Source: Nitrospirota bacterium (GTDB taxonomy: Bacteria > Nitrospirota > Nitrospiria > Nitrospirales > NS-4). Taken from it: a stretch of 64,000 bases of DNA. Below the pieces are notes generated by a model. It was not told the origin of the DNA. It made no database searches and saw nothing but the letters and a program-made list of their open reading frames with translations. Every line of letters begins with the position of its first letter. Within the stretch, counting starts at the first letter, position 1. Of this stretch, positions 8,682 through 20,271 are shown piece by piece. Both the position numbers and the translations under genes were made by a program. The stretch is from the NCBI GenBank assembly GCA_963788195.1, contig CAWBGA010000001.1, positions 256,001 to 320,000 on the forward strand, in the 5' to 3' direction.

Positions 8682-10841
8682 ATGAAGCCTCCCACACGCG
8701 TCTACCTGGCCGGCGGCGATAGCGCCGGCTGGGCGTTGGACGAAGAGTTAAAAATGGTGCGGGAGAATTTGGCCACACTTCCCGGGTTGGTCGAATTCTC
8801 ACGGCTGGACAACTGTGACGTGGTGCATTGCCTGAATCCTCTCATGCTAAGAGAGTTGAATCCGGCCGCTCTGGTTGGAAAGAGGATCTTGTGCCATGTT
8901 CCGGGCGATCCGTTATGGTTCGTTCAGCAACCGGAGTTTATTCAGCTTTCTTCAGTCATCGGTCTCTGGATCGCGCAATCAACCAAAGCGCAGAGCGCGC
9001 TCGCGGCCTTGGGTTTGTCCTGCCGAGATGATCTCCTATGCGCTCGATACCCGAATATTTGACGGCCAGCTTCCTGACGGGAGACCGTCGACCTCGCTTC
9101 GCGAGCGCTGGGGTATTCCCGTCGACAAGTATGTCATTGGGAATTTCATGCGTGACAGCCTTGGAGAAGACATATCACTGCCCAAGCCCCAGAAAGGCCC
9201 CGATGTCTTCTTAGCGGTCATGCAGCTGCTACAGACGAAGCATTTGCCATTTCATGTCCTTTTGGCCGGCCCTCGACGGCATTGGCTCCGCGCGCGGCTC
9301 AAGGCTGATGGGATTCCGTTTACTTTTGTGGGGAAGGAAACGGTCAGATGATGATTATCCTGCGAATATTCTCGACCGCTCTACATTAAATCTTTTATAC
9401 CACGCGGCGGACCTGCATCTTGTGTCCAGCCGATCCGAAGGGGGCCCCTTCGCGATCTTAGAGGCGGCCGGCGCACGAAGTAAAGTGCTGAGCACCCCGG
9501 TGGGCTTGGCTGCGGATGTGCTTGAACCCTACTGTCTGTACCAGACGTTCGACGAAGCCGCGAGGCTGATCGAGCGCGATATGCAAGATGGTTTCTTGTC
9601 CAACGCCGTTGAGGTTCATTACGAACGTGTGCTCAGGAACCACTCCGGCAACGCCAATGCCCTTCGCTTCAAACGGCTGTATGAAAGAATCGACCAGGTG
9701 GAGGTCTACCAACCCCGGGCCGTGTCTACGCCAGTGGTCTATCAGAAACCGTTCCTCCAGCAGGTCAGGCCGAAGGTCCTCAGCATTATTCGCCGTTCCC
9801 CGCGCTTGGTGAACCTTCTGAAGCGCGCAAGCCGAAAGGTATCGCGCCCGGATGCGTCGCGGCGTGAAGGCCGCGGCATCAGCGTGAGCCTATGGCATGA
9901 ATTCCGGAAGCCGCCGTATGGAGGCGGCAACCAATTCATGCTCGCCCTTCGCGGAGCCTTTCAGAAGATGGGTGTGATCGTCTATGAAAACCGCATGGCG
10001 GACGACGTGGACGTCCATATTTGTCACTCAGTGTGGTTCAATGCCAAACGATTTCTCTCGGTTGCTCGCGCAGGCCGCTTGCGCATGCTTCATCGTATCG
10101 ATGGCCCCATCTCATTGGTTCGCGGCTCGGGCCGGGAGGTGGACGATCAAGTGTTTGAGTTGAATGCGCAGCTTGCCACTGCGACCATCATTCAGTCCGG
10201 GTTGGTGTTTCCGGCGCTTGCTCGAGATGGGTTTTAAACCAGTCAGGCCGATGATCATTACGAATGGCGTGGATGGAGGGATCTTCCATTCCCAGGGCCG
10301 TGAGCCGTTTGATCCCACGCGGAAGATCAGACTAATCAGTGCTTCGTGGTCGGATAATCCCCGGAAGGGCGGCCCTGTCTATAAATGGCTGGACGAGCAC
10401 TTGGATTGGAACCGCTTCGAGTACACGTTTGTCGGACAGACGCAAGAACGCTTTACACGGATCAAGCACGTGCCTGCGGTACCTTCGGAACAGCTGGCTG
10501 ATCTCTTGCGCCAGCATGATATCTACATTACTGCAAGCGAAAGAGACCCCTGCTCAAACTCATTGGTGGAAGCCTTGGCGTGCCGCCTTCCTGCGGTGTA
10601 CCTCAACGATGGAGGGCATCCGGAGATTGTAGGATTAGGGGGCCTGCCGTTTGAGAAGCGCGAAGAGATTCCAGGGCAGCTGGAACGGCTCATCACCCAC
10701 TACCATCAGTTCCAAAGCGTGATCTCTATCCAGACGATCGAGGAGATCGCCAAGACGTATTTGAATGTGATCAAGCAGATGTTAGAGATCATCTCCACAC
10801 CACAACAGGCACTGAAGTCGATTAGCAATCACCTGCAATGA
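8682..10841 (+). CDS. Large two-module GT4-family glycosyltransferase, 3 apparent frameshifts (~9025, ~9340, ~10200)
   Basis: Joined ORFs 8649, 8875, 9254 and 10164 give two GT4 signatures (SSRSEGGPFAILEAAG; ASERDPCSNSLVEALAC) and a GGGNQF start to module 2. Confidence 0.7.
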
Positions 10842-11983
10842 CCGTTCGGGACTGGATTAAAAGCCTTATTCCGGCTGTCTTGAGATTGCCGCTTGACCGC
10901 GTCCTGCGGCCGCTGTCTGGCTTTCCCCGCAGTGTACTCATCCTGCTTATGAAACCCGTGAAGGACGGGAAGCCGCACGTATTTTATGGCTACGACCATA
11001 TCCCGGGAGACGGCGAACATGCCCATGGTGGAATCGTCAAGACACAACTCATGCAAGGGACTTTTCCTAACTCTCCTCGGCAGTTCAATATTCTTTACCT
11101 GGTAAGTAGCCGCATCCCCTATGGCGCAGTACAGATTGCTGCGGCGGCCGGGATGAAGGGGGCGCATCTCGTATGGAACCAGAACGGAGTCGCGTATCCT
11201 GCGTGGCATGGGCCGGGCTGGGAAGCCGTGAACGCTCCCCTGGCAAAGCTTCTTCACGTCGCCGCGTATGTCTTCTATCAAAGTGAATTCTGCAGGCTCA
11301 GCGCCGATCGCTACCTGGGCATCCGCAAAGGCCCGTGGGAGATTTTGTACAACCCTGTGGATACTCGGGTCTTCGTCCCTGGCTCCTCGGAATCCCCAGC
11401 GGGTGGTCTCGTCATGCTGTTGGCGGGAAACCAAGACCAGTCCTATCGCCTTTTAACCGCGCTGGAAGTGTTGTCGGAAGTGGTGCGTCTCGGTAAGGAT
11501 GCGACGCTCCTCGTCACGGGACGACTCCGTTGGATGCCCGACCAGGCTGAGGCCGGTCGGACAGCCCGTCAATGGGCGACGGAACGAGGCGTGCTCGATC
11601 GCGTGATTTTTCTCGGGCCGTATAGCCAGAGGGAAGCGCCGGGCATTTTTCGGCGGGCCCACCTGTTACTGCACACCAAGTACAATGACCCATGCCCCGG
11701 CGTCGTGATTGAAGCCATGGCGTGTGGTCTTCCTATCGTGTATTCAGAAAGCGGTGGTGTGCCTGAGCTTGTTGGGAAAGATGCCGGGATAGGCATTTCC
11801 GTTGAACGCGGCTGGGAGAGAGACATCCCCCCGGACCCGAAAGCCATGGCGGCAGCCGTCATAAAGGTGGCGGATCGCCGAAAACAATACTCCGACGCCG
11901 CCCGCCAGAGAGCGGAGGAGACGTTCGATGTTCGGCCTTGGTTGCGGCGCCATCAAGCAGTGTTCGAGAATGTAGTGAAATGA
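10838..11983 (+). CDS. GT4 glycosyltransferase
   Basis: HTKYNDPCPGVVIEAMACGLPIV, GGVPELV. Confidence 0.9.
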   Translation: MTVRDWIKSLIPAVLRLPLDRVLRPLSGFPRSVLILLMKPVKDGKPHVFYGYDHIPGDGEHAHGGIVKTQLMQGTFPNSPRQFNILYLVSSRIPYGAVQIAAAAGMKGAHLVWNQNGVAYPAWHGPGWEAVNAPLAKLLHVAAYVFYQSEFCRLSADRYLGIRKGPWEILYNPVDTRVFVPGSSESPAGGLVMLLAGNQDQSYRLLTALEVLSEVVRLGKDATLLVTGRLRWMPDQAEAGRTARQWATERGVLDRVIFLGPYSQREAPGIFRRAHLLLHTKYNDPCPGVVIEAMACGLPIVYSESGGVPELVGKDAGIGISVERGWERDIPPDPKAMAAAVIKVADRRKQYSDAARQRAEETFDVRPWLRRHQAVFENVVK

Positions 11984-12630
11984 AACGGCTCACTCGAATG
12001 GCCATGCGCCTCCTGTTGAGAGCGGATGATTTTCTCACGAAATGCATCAATCGGCTGGCGATCGAGTACGACGGCGGCGTGCACGTCAAGCACCGCCTCA
12101 TGCAGTATCACGACTTTTTCGTGGAGCGAATCTCCTCCGGGGAGCGCGTGCTGGACATCGGTTGCGGGTACGGCGCGGTGGCCTATTCCGTGGCCTCCCG
12201 GACCGGTGCCATGGTGACCGGGATCGATCTGCGTGCCGAGAATATTGCGAAAGCACGGCAGCTCTTTCAGCATCCGAACCTGGTCTTCCGGCAAGGAGAC
12301 GTCCTCAAGGACCTGCCGACGGAAAAGTTCGATGTGATCATGTTGTCCAACATTCTCGAGCATATCGAGCATCGAGTGGAATTTCTCGGCACCGTCCATG
12401 AACGACTCTCCCCCACACGCTGCCTGATCCGGGTGCCGATGTTCGACCGGGAATGGAAAGTGCCGTTGAGAAAAGAGCTGGGAATGCCGTATTTCAGCGA
12501 TCGGACGCACTATACTGAGTACACCCAGGGAAGCTTTGAAAAAGAGATCCGCGCCGCCGGCCTGTGCCTCACCCATGTGCAAATCAATTGGGGAGAGATC
12601 TGGGCCGAAGCCCGTCCGGTCCGCGCGTGA
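11980..12630 (+). CDS. Class I SAM-dependent methyltransferase
   Basis: VLDIGCGYG, FDVIMLSNILEHI; ATGA overlap with the upstream gene. Confidence 0.85.
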   Translation: MKRLTRMAMRLLLRADDFLTKCINRLAIEYDGGVHVKHRLMQYHDFFVERISSGERVLDIGCGYGAVAYSVASRTGAMVTGIDLRAENIAKARQLFQHPNLVFRQGDVLKDLPTEKFDVIMLSNILEHIEHRVEFLGTVHERLSPTRCLIRVPMFDREWKVPLRKELGMPYFSDRTHYTEYTQGSFEKEIRAAGLCLTHVQINWGEIWAEARPVRA

Positions 12631-13682
12631 ACCCGTCTAATGGCATGTTGCCCACGCCGATGGTTACGGTTCTCATGCCGGTATATAACGCGGGTCGCTA
12701 TCTCGGCCCTGCCATTGAAAGCATTCTTCAGCAAACGTTCCGGGATTTTGAACTGTTAATTGTCAATGATGCGTCGACGGACGGTTGCGAGGAGATCCTG
12801 AGGTCATTTTCCGACAACCGAATCAGGGTCCTGGAGAACAAGAACAATCTTGGCTTGGCAAACAGTTTAAACCGCGGGCTTCAGGTCGCCGCAGGGGAAT
12901 TCATTGCGCGCCAGGACGCTGATGATCTGTCCCATCCGAAGCGGCTGGAGAGCCAAGTTCAATTTCTGAGGGCTCACCCGGACATCGCGCTGGTAGGTAC
13001 GCAGGCGATTATTATTGATGAGTCCGGGCGCTACAAGAGAGTTCTTCTCGATCGGCCGCATGAGCATATCGCTATTAAATGGGATCTCCTTTTCGATAAT
13101 AGTTTTGTGCATACCTCAGTGATGTTTCGAAAAACTATCGTGAGGGACAACTTAGGTGGTTATGACCCGTCGTATGCCGCGTGCGAGGATTACGAACTGT
13201 GGTCCAGGGTTGCCGAAGTATGCCATGTCGCAAACCTCTCACACCATTTGGTATCACATCGCATGCATTCTTCTTCCAAGCGCGAAGGCACACAGCATTC
13301 CGTTAAAATGCAAGATCTCACGAAGGTGGTAAAAAGAAATGCCGAAGCGATGTTTGGAAAGGGATTCTTATCCGAGAACGAGAGTCTTTTGCTTGCCGAG
13401 TTCAGTTCCGGCTATCGCGATCGGTCATCGCACGGCAAATTTGTAAGATTGTTCGATCGTGTGCTCGCCGAGTACCTTCGCATTGTGCCCGTGGCCGCCG
13501 CGTCACGAGACTTTAAGCAGACGGCGAGACGAATCTATTTTAAACTCTTTTATAACGCATGGAAGAAGAAGGTCTTCCCGCCGGCGTTGTGCTTTTTGCG
13601 GCAACCGGGATGGATAAGGATAGCCTCCTCACTCCTCTGCTCTCATTTCATCCGAAGCGTTTCCCGGCAGGTCAGCGTGTGA
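12627..13682 (+). CDS. GT2 glycosyltransferase
   Basis: VTVLMPVYN, VNDASTD, ARQDADD, EDYELW; start GTG 12627 or ATG 12645/12660. Confidence 0.9.
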   Translation: MNPSNGMLPTPMVTVLMPVYNAGRYLGPAIESILQQTFRDFELLIVNDASTDGCEEILRSFSDNRIRVLENKNNLGLANSLNRGLQVAAGEFIARQDADDLSHPKRLESQVQFLRAHPDIALVGTQAIIIDESGRYKRVLLDRPHEHIAIKWDLLFDNSFVHTSVMFRKTIVRDNLGGYDPSYAACEDYELWSRVAEVCHVANLSHHLVSHRMHSSSKREGTQHSVKMQDLTKVVKRNAEAMFGKGFLSENESLLLAEFSSGYRDRSSHGKFVRLFDRVLAEYLRIVPVAAASRDFKQTARRIYFKLFYNAWKKKVFPPALCFLRQPGWIRIASSLLCSHFIRSVSRQVSV

Positions 13683-14992
13683 TTATCGTGAATCACATCA
13701 AATCCTGGCTCAAACATGTTCTTTTACTGCTGGTCATTTTGTTCGCGCTGGATGCCGTTATCGTGGCATTTTTTCGGGGTTTCAGGCTCGAAATTGCCGA
13801 TCATGTCATCCGCTCAGCCACGATCGAGTTTCCCGTCGTAGGTTTCCTCATCGCCCTCGTATTGCTGCTTTTGGTTCAAGGCAAGTGGGAGGAAACATCG
13901 CCTGCTGATAGCATCCCTCGGCTTTTCCGCTGTATTGGGCGAGGGGTTGCTTCACGTCATCGACCATCCGTGGTCGAAGCCTGTTCTCAAGACCTGGCTG
14001 GAGCCGATTCCGCTCCTGGGATTCCGGTTGCCTCCTAATTTTGAGGGGCGGGGCATCGTGGATGAATATATCAAAACGAATTCGCAGGGATTGCGTGACG
14101 TTGAACACCCGTGGAAGAAAGAAGAGGGGTCGATACGGATTCTCGGACTGGGTGATTCGTTTACCTTCGGCTGGGGAGTCAAACTCGAGGAGTCGTATCT
14201 TAAAGCAACTCGAGAGGCGCCTTGCTCAGGAAACAGGTCGGAAGGCGGAGGCGATCAATGCGGGGGTGCCCGGCTACGGCCTGAACCATTATTATATCTA
14301 CTTAAAGAATATCGGGATCAAGTATCAGCCGGACGTCATTGTCATCAGCTATTTTGTGGATGACCTGCCGATGTTTCTGAAAGAAGAGCTTGCACCCTAT
14401 GAAGAGGATTTCCCGGACAGGCTGCAATACAAAGGGGGGCTCTTGCACCGATCACGATTCTATAACTTTATCACCTCTGCTGCCGCGGTCATCCGGGTCC
14501 GCAATCACGCGACCGCAGTCGACCATATGAGAATTATGGAAGTCCGAAGAGCGGCCTGGGCCAGATACGACCACCCGCTAATTAACGAGGGGTCCGATGA
14601 GAAAATCGCTTTGCTCAAGGAATATTTGACGCGATTCAAAGCGCTGGCGGATGGTGTTCACGCCCGCCTGGTCATCATGTTCATTCCCGACATCTCTCAC
14701 CTCTATCATCCTGAATATCAGCATATTAATCGTGTCTTGAAGCGATTGACGACCCAATACGACATTCCCTTCGTCGATATGACCCCGATCTTTGAATCGT
14801 CGAATGACCTTTCGACGTACTACCTCTTCCCGAAAGACGCCCATACGAATGTCAAAGGGCACCAGGCAATGGCCTACTGCGCTCACAGACCTGATTTGCA
14901 AAGATGCCTTGTCCCATGTCTCTTGCGGAAGAGACGGCCTCGGCCGTGCTGTTCGGGGCTCCGCAAGGTCGGAAACGGCCGTTCACAATTGA
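13679..14992 (+). CDS. Membrane-anchored SGNH/GDSL protein (AlgX/AlgJ-like), 3 apparent frameshifts
   Basis: N-terminal TM helices, then TNSQGLRD, LGLGDSFTFG, INAGVPGY and FPKDAHTN spread over ORFs 13559, 13935, 14041 and 14792; end approximate. Confidence 0.65.
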
Positions 14993-15002
14993 TCACGACC
15001 AT

Positions 15003-16962
15003 ATGTGCGGCATTGTAGGGATTTTTCAAACAAGCCCTCTGGTCTCGCGGGACGCGGGAGACGCTTCTCGCGATGACGGAGCGTCTTCGTCACCGCGGTC
15101 CCGATGATAGCGATGTATGGCTGCATGAGGAGGCGGGCATTGGCTTAGGCCATCGCCGGCTCTCAATCCTTGATCTCTCTGCAGCAGGTCATCAGCCCAT
15201 GCATTCGGCATGCGGCCGTTACGTGGTGACCTATAACGGCGAAATTTATAATTTTCGATCTTTGCGTCAGCAACTCGAGGGGCTCGGGCAGAAATTCCGA
15301 GGGCATTCGGACACGGAGGTTCTCTTGGCCGCCGTGAGCCAATGGGGTCTTCAGAAAGCGCTTGTTTCCTTTAACGGCATGTTCGCGTTTGCCTTATGGG
15401 ACCGTGAGACTCACACCCTTCATCTCTGCCGTGACCGAATCGGGGAGAAGCCCTTGTACTATGGCTGGATGGGCAAGACCTTCCTCTTCGCGTCGGAACT
15501 GAAAGCATTACTGGCTCATCCTGCATGTAAGAAAGAGGTCGACCGCAATGCGTTGGCTCTTTACCTGCGGCATAGCTATGTCCCCACGCCATATTCCATT
15601 TATAAAGGAATCTTGAAACTTGCAGCCGGTACGATGCTGACGATCGGTGCGAGAAGTGTGGACACGGAAGCCAGCGCGCCGGCGCCGGTGGCCTACTGGT
15701 CTGCCAGAGAGGCAGCAGAGCAAGGTGTGCGTGAAGGTTTTACCGGTTCGGAAAATGAGGCGACTGCACACCTGGAATCCCTGCTGCGCGACGCAGTCGG
15801 CCTACGGATGGTCGCCGATGTGCCGCTGGGGGCTTTTCTCTCCGGCGGGATTGATTCCTCCACCATTGTCGCTTTGATGCAGGCTCAAAGCAGGCGTCCG
15901 GTCAAGACATTCACGATCGGCTTTCATGAAGGCGTCTATGACGAGGCTCGTTATGCCGGCGCTGTGGCGAAGCACCTGGGGACAGAGCACACCGAACTGT
16001 ATGTGACTCCGGCTCAAGCGCAAGGCGTGATTCCCCGGCTGCCGAGCCTGTACGACGAGCCGTTTTCGGATTCCTCGCAAATCCCGACCTTCCTGATTTC
16101 AGAGTTGGCACGAAGGCACGTGACTGTGGCGTTGTCGGGCGATGGCGGAGACGAGCTTTTTGCCGGGTACAACCGTTATTTCTGGGCCCAGGACATATGG
16201 GACGGCATGGGGTGGATGCCACGGCGGGTGCGGACCGGTGCGGCTTGGGCCCTCACCAGTGTGGCCGCCGACACATGGAGTCGGCGACTCAAGGCGGTGC
16301 GGAGGATCCTGCCCCCGGTGCTTCGCGTGCAGCACCCTGGCGAGAAGCTGTACAAACTTGCGGAACTACTCGCTGTCGGGGATGAGGGTGCTCTATATCG
16401 CAGCTTGGTGTCCCATTGGAAGGCGCCGGCTTCGGTGGTGTTAGGCGCATCGGAACCGGTGACGGTCCTCACGGATCGCAGTCATTGGGCTAGCGTGGGG
16501 GACTTCCGGCAGCAAATGATGTTTCTGGATACAGTGACATACTTGCCGGACGATATCCTCGTCAAAGTGGATCGGGCGAGCATGGCAGTCAGTCTGGAAG
16601 CGCGTGTGCCGCTGCTGGATCATCGGGTGGTTGAGTTTGCATGGCGGCTGCCGCTTTCCATGAAGATCCGTAATAGACAGGGCAAGCAGGCGCTGCGCCG
16701 GGTGCTCGGAAAATATTTGCCGCTGGCATTGGTGGATCGCCCCAAGATGGGCTTTGGGGTGCCGATTGACTCCTGGCTTCGCGGGCCGCTTCGCGATTGG
16801 GGGGAGGATCTGCTGGACGAGCGGCGCCTTGAGAAGGACGGGTTTCTCTCCCCCGGCCCGGTTCGAGAAAAATGGACACAGCACCTCTCCGGCCGGTTCA
16901 ACTGGCAGTATCATCTCTGGGATGTCTTGATGTTTCAAGCTTGGTTGAAAGAGCACGCGTAA
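15003..16962 (+). CDS. asnB: Second AsnB-family glutamine amidotransferase, apparent frameshift ~15060
   Basis: MCGIVG at 15003, then HRGPD, GHRRLSILDL, YNGEIYN, LSGGIDSS, SGDGGDELF, KMGFGVP. Confidence 0.92.
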
Positions 16963-16978
16963 ATCCGAGACAAGGAAG

Positions 16979-17050
16979 GGGGACAGGCTACTTTTCCGAA
17001 TCGTTCAGCGTTTACCGCGCGCGTCATGGACGGAAAAGTTGCCTGTCCCC
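16979..17050. repeat. 72-bp palindromic element with 20-bp terminal inverted repeats (19/20 match)
   Basis: GGGGACAGGCTACTTTTCCG ... CGGAAAAGTTGCCTGTCCCC between asnB and the next GT. Confidence 0.85.
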
Positions 17051-17065
17051 GTTTAGAGGGTAAGA

Positions 17066-18227
17066 ATGACTCCGGCGCCTAACGCTGTTCGGCCGCGCCT
17101 GCTCTTTCTCATAACTGAAGACTGGTATTTTTGGTCACATCGCCTGGAGTTGGCGCGGGCTGCACGGTCCGCAGGCTGGGATGTCTCGGTCGCTACCCGC
17201 GTGCACGATCACGGTAAGCGGATCGAGGACGAAGGGTTCGAACTGCTTCCTCTCAGGCTGGTGAGAAGCAGCCGGCATCCGTTACGCGAGATCTTCAGCA
17301 TTCTAGAGCTCGTCCGCTTGTATCGACGGGTGCGTCCCGATGTCGTCCATCATGTCGCACTCAAGCCGATCTTATACGGATCTGTGGCGGCCCGCTTGGC
17401 CCGGGTGCCTGCGGCCGTGAATGGATTCGCCGGCTTGGGTTATACGTTTATCGAGTCCGGCGAGCGCAAAGGACGTGTTGCGGTTTATCATGGGGAAGGC
17501 TCTGCGCTGGGCGCTAGCCCTCCCGCACTCGCGAGTGGTTTTTCAGAATGCAGAAGATGCCGGTGAATTGGTAGAGGCCGGAATCGTCGGATCTGACCAG
17601 ATCCAAGTCATTCGCGGGGTTGGTGTGGATACGGTTAAGTTTTCGCCACCGCTGGAGACCCAAGACGAGAATCAGGTCCCTGTGGTGGTGCTTGCGGGCC
17701 GGATGCTATGGGACAAGGGAATTGGCGAATTCGTCGAGGCGGCGCGGCTTTTAAAACTCAGGGGCAGCCGGGTGCAGTGCGTACTTGTGGGAATGGTAGA
17801 CAAGGAAAACCCGGCCGCCATCCCTGAAACGCAACTTCGGGCTTGGCAGAGCGAGGGCATGGTTCAGTGGTGGGGCCATCGAGAAGACATGCCGAATGTT
17901 CTGGCTTCGGCGCAGATTGTGGTTCTCCCTTCGTACCGGGAAGGACTTCCGAAGGTGTTGCTGGAAGCGGCCGCATGCGCGAGACCCGTGGTCGCCACCA
18001 ATGTGGCGGGCTGCCGTGAGATCGTGAAGGACGGCATCAATGGGTTTCTGGTACCGCCAAAGGACCCTGCCTCGTTAAGCGAGGCGATCGCCAAGTTGTT
18101 AGAAAATCCCAGCTTGCGAATCCGGATGGGGATACGTGGCCGTGAGATCGTCGAGAAGGAATTCTCAGTGGATCGGATCTCGCAAGAGACCCTGAATCTG
18201 TACAACGAGCTTTGGAAACGGCTTTGA
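17066..18227 (+). CDS. GT4 glycosyltransferase (CapM/PglA-like), apparent frameshift ~17470
   Basis: LLFLITEDWYFWSHRL, VFQNAED, GRMLWDKGIGEF, PSYREGLPKVLLEAAA. Confidence 0.9.
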
Positions 18228-19210
18228 CGACCGCCTTGGTTACAGGCGCAACGGGGTTTATCGGGCAGCACCTCGTGCAGCGCTTGCTCCAAGAGAACTA
18301 CCAGGTTCGGGCCCTGGCTCGGCCATCGCCGCTTCAGCGAAATTGGCCTGCAAATGTGGACCTGATTGAGGGGGACATCCGTGATGCAGCAAAAATGAAG
18401 GAAGCTGCGGCCGGGGCCAATCTTGTCTTTCACCTGGCTGGTCGGACGCATGCCCTCTCCCAGTGGGGTGAAGACGACGCCGCCTACCGTCCGGTCAACG
18501 TGGAAGGAACTCGAAATGTTCTGGAAGGGGCACTGGCCGGAGGGGCGCAAGCGCTCGTGTTCTTCAGTACTGTGAAAGTTTTTGGAGACGAGACTGCAGA
18601 ATGTCGCGATGAAACCGCCCCTCCCTGTCCCAGCACGCCGTACGGCCGTTCCAAAGCCGAGGCGGAGGATTTAGTGAAGGACTATGCCAGGACAACAGGG
18701 TTACGAGGGATCTCGCTGCGGCTTCCGATGGTGTACGGACCGAACAACAAGGGAAACATCCAGCGGATGATCTGGGCGATCGACCATCATCTGTTTCCCC
18801 CTTTCCCGACATCCCGAATCGCCGAAGTCTCGTCCATGTCGCCAATGTCGTGCAGGCCGCGCTCCTAGCGGCTCTTCAGGCGCCGAAATCCCCATGCTAC
18901 ATCGTGACTGATCGTCGACCCTATTCGACCCGTGAACTCTATACTATGATCTGCCGCGCTCTCGGCCGGGGAATCCCACAATGGCAGATCCCGCTTCGTG
19001 CCTTGATCATGCTTGGAAAGCTCGGTGACCTTGTCGGGCGAACCACAAGGCGGCGGTTCGTAATTGATTCGGATTCACTGAGCAAGTTGATCGGCTCGGC
19101 CTGGTATAGCTCACAGAAGATTTCCCGGGAGCTAGGATACGACCCGGTGATCAACTTAGAGAGTGGTTTGCCGGAGTTGATCGCCGGATATCGATCTACA
19201 AAAGGATTAG
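18212..19210 (+). CDS. NAD-dependent epimerase/dehydratase, apparent frameshift ~18810; 3' end uncertain
   Basis: VTGATGFIG, YGRSK, LRLPMVYGP; C-terminal KISRELGY lies in ORF 18850. Confidence 0.8.
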
Positions 19211-19218
19211 CAGAGACC

Positions 19219-20271
19219 TTGGAGATAGTGATCCTTGCAGCACTGGTGTTTCTGCTCGCTTATGGAATCACACGTCATCTCTGTTCTCCGGCCACGTGGC
19301 TCCGCTTATTGGACCATCCCAATGAGCGTTCCCTGCATGCAGCGCCCACGCCGCGGACCGGTGGTCTGGCTATTATAGGAAGTCTTGTGACGGGCTTCGT
19401 CGTCTCTCAGGCATTGTTTGGAGACGGCGCAGGATCGCATACCACCAGCGGGTGGCTTATCGCCGCGGCTCTGTTGATCGGCGCAGTCTCGTTCTGGGAC
19501 GACCGCGTCGGGCTTCCTCCCGGGCTTCGGTTTGGAGTACACAGTGCGGCGGCAGTCATCGTTGTGGTCGGGGCCGGCTTGACGGTGCCTGAGATTTCGT
19601 TTCCCCTACTCGGAAGCTGGTCGCTCGGCCAACTAGGTGCTCCTCTGGCGGTGCTGTTTCTGATGTGGATGACGAATTTGTACAATTTCATGGACGGCAT
19701 GGATGGATTTGCGGGCGGCATGACGGTGGTCGGGTTTGGATTTCTGGCCTACGTGGCGTATCGCGCGGGGCACTCGAGCTTGGCGACGCTGGCGTTGTTG
19801 GTAATCGCGGCGACGGCGGGGTTTCTTGTGTACAATATACCCCCGGCGCGCATTTTCATGGGCGATGTTGGCAGCGCCCCGCTGGGATTTCTGGCGGGTG
19901 CGTTGTCACTCCAAGGAGTTCAGGAGCAGGTCTTTGATATCTGGGTGCCTGTGCTTATCTTTTCGCCGTTCCTCGTGGATGCCACAACAACGCTCTTGCA
20001 GAGACTGCTACGAGGTGAAAAGGTCTGGCAGGCGCATCGGGAGCACTATTACCAGCGGCTGGTTCTATCGGGATGGAGCCATCGAAAGACCGTCTTGATC
20101 GAGTATTTGCTGATGGTCGCGTGCGGCGGAAGCGCACTGCTTTACATCCACGCCGGCGAGAGGGGACGGTTTGGTATCCTTGCCGCGTGGGCTCTTCTCT
20201 ACGTTACGCTGGCAAGAGGGGTCTCGAGGGTCGAATGGCAACAACGGGAGGGGACCAGGGGTGAGATCTGA
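19219..20271 (+). CDS. WecA/WbpL-type (MraY family) polyprenyl-phosphate HexNAc-1-phosphate transferase
   Basis: LDHPNERSLH, TPRTGG, SFWDD, NLYNFMDGMDG, IFMGDVGS, AHREHYYQRL. Confidence 0.9.
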   Translation: MEIVILAALVFLLAYGITRHLCSPATWLRLLDHPNERSLHAAPTPRTGGLAIIGSLVTGFVVSQALFGDGAGSHTTSGWLIAAALLIGAVSFWDDRVGLPPGLRFGVHSAAAVIVVVGAGLTVPEISFPLLGSWSLGQLGAPLAVLFLMWMTNLYNFMDGMDGFAGGMTVVGFGFLAYVAYRAGHSSLATLALLVIAATAGFLVYNIPPARIFMGDVGSAPLGFLAGALSLQGVQEQVFDIWVPVLIFSPFLVDATTTLLQRLLRGEKVWQAHREHYYQRLVLSGWSHRKTVLIEYLLMVACGGSALLYIHAGERGRFGILAAWALLYVTLARGVSRVEWQQREGTRGEI

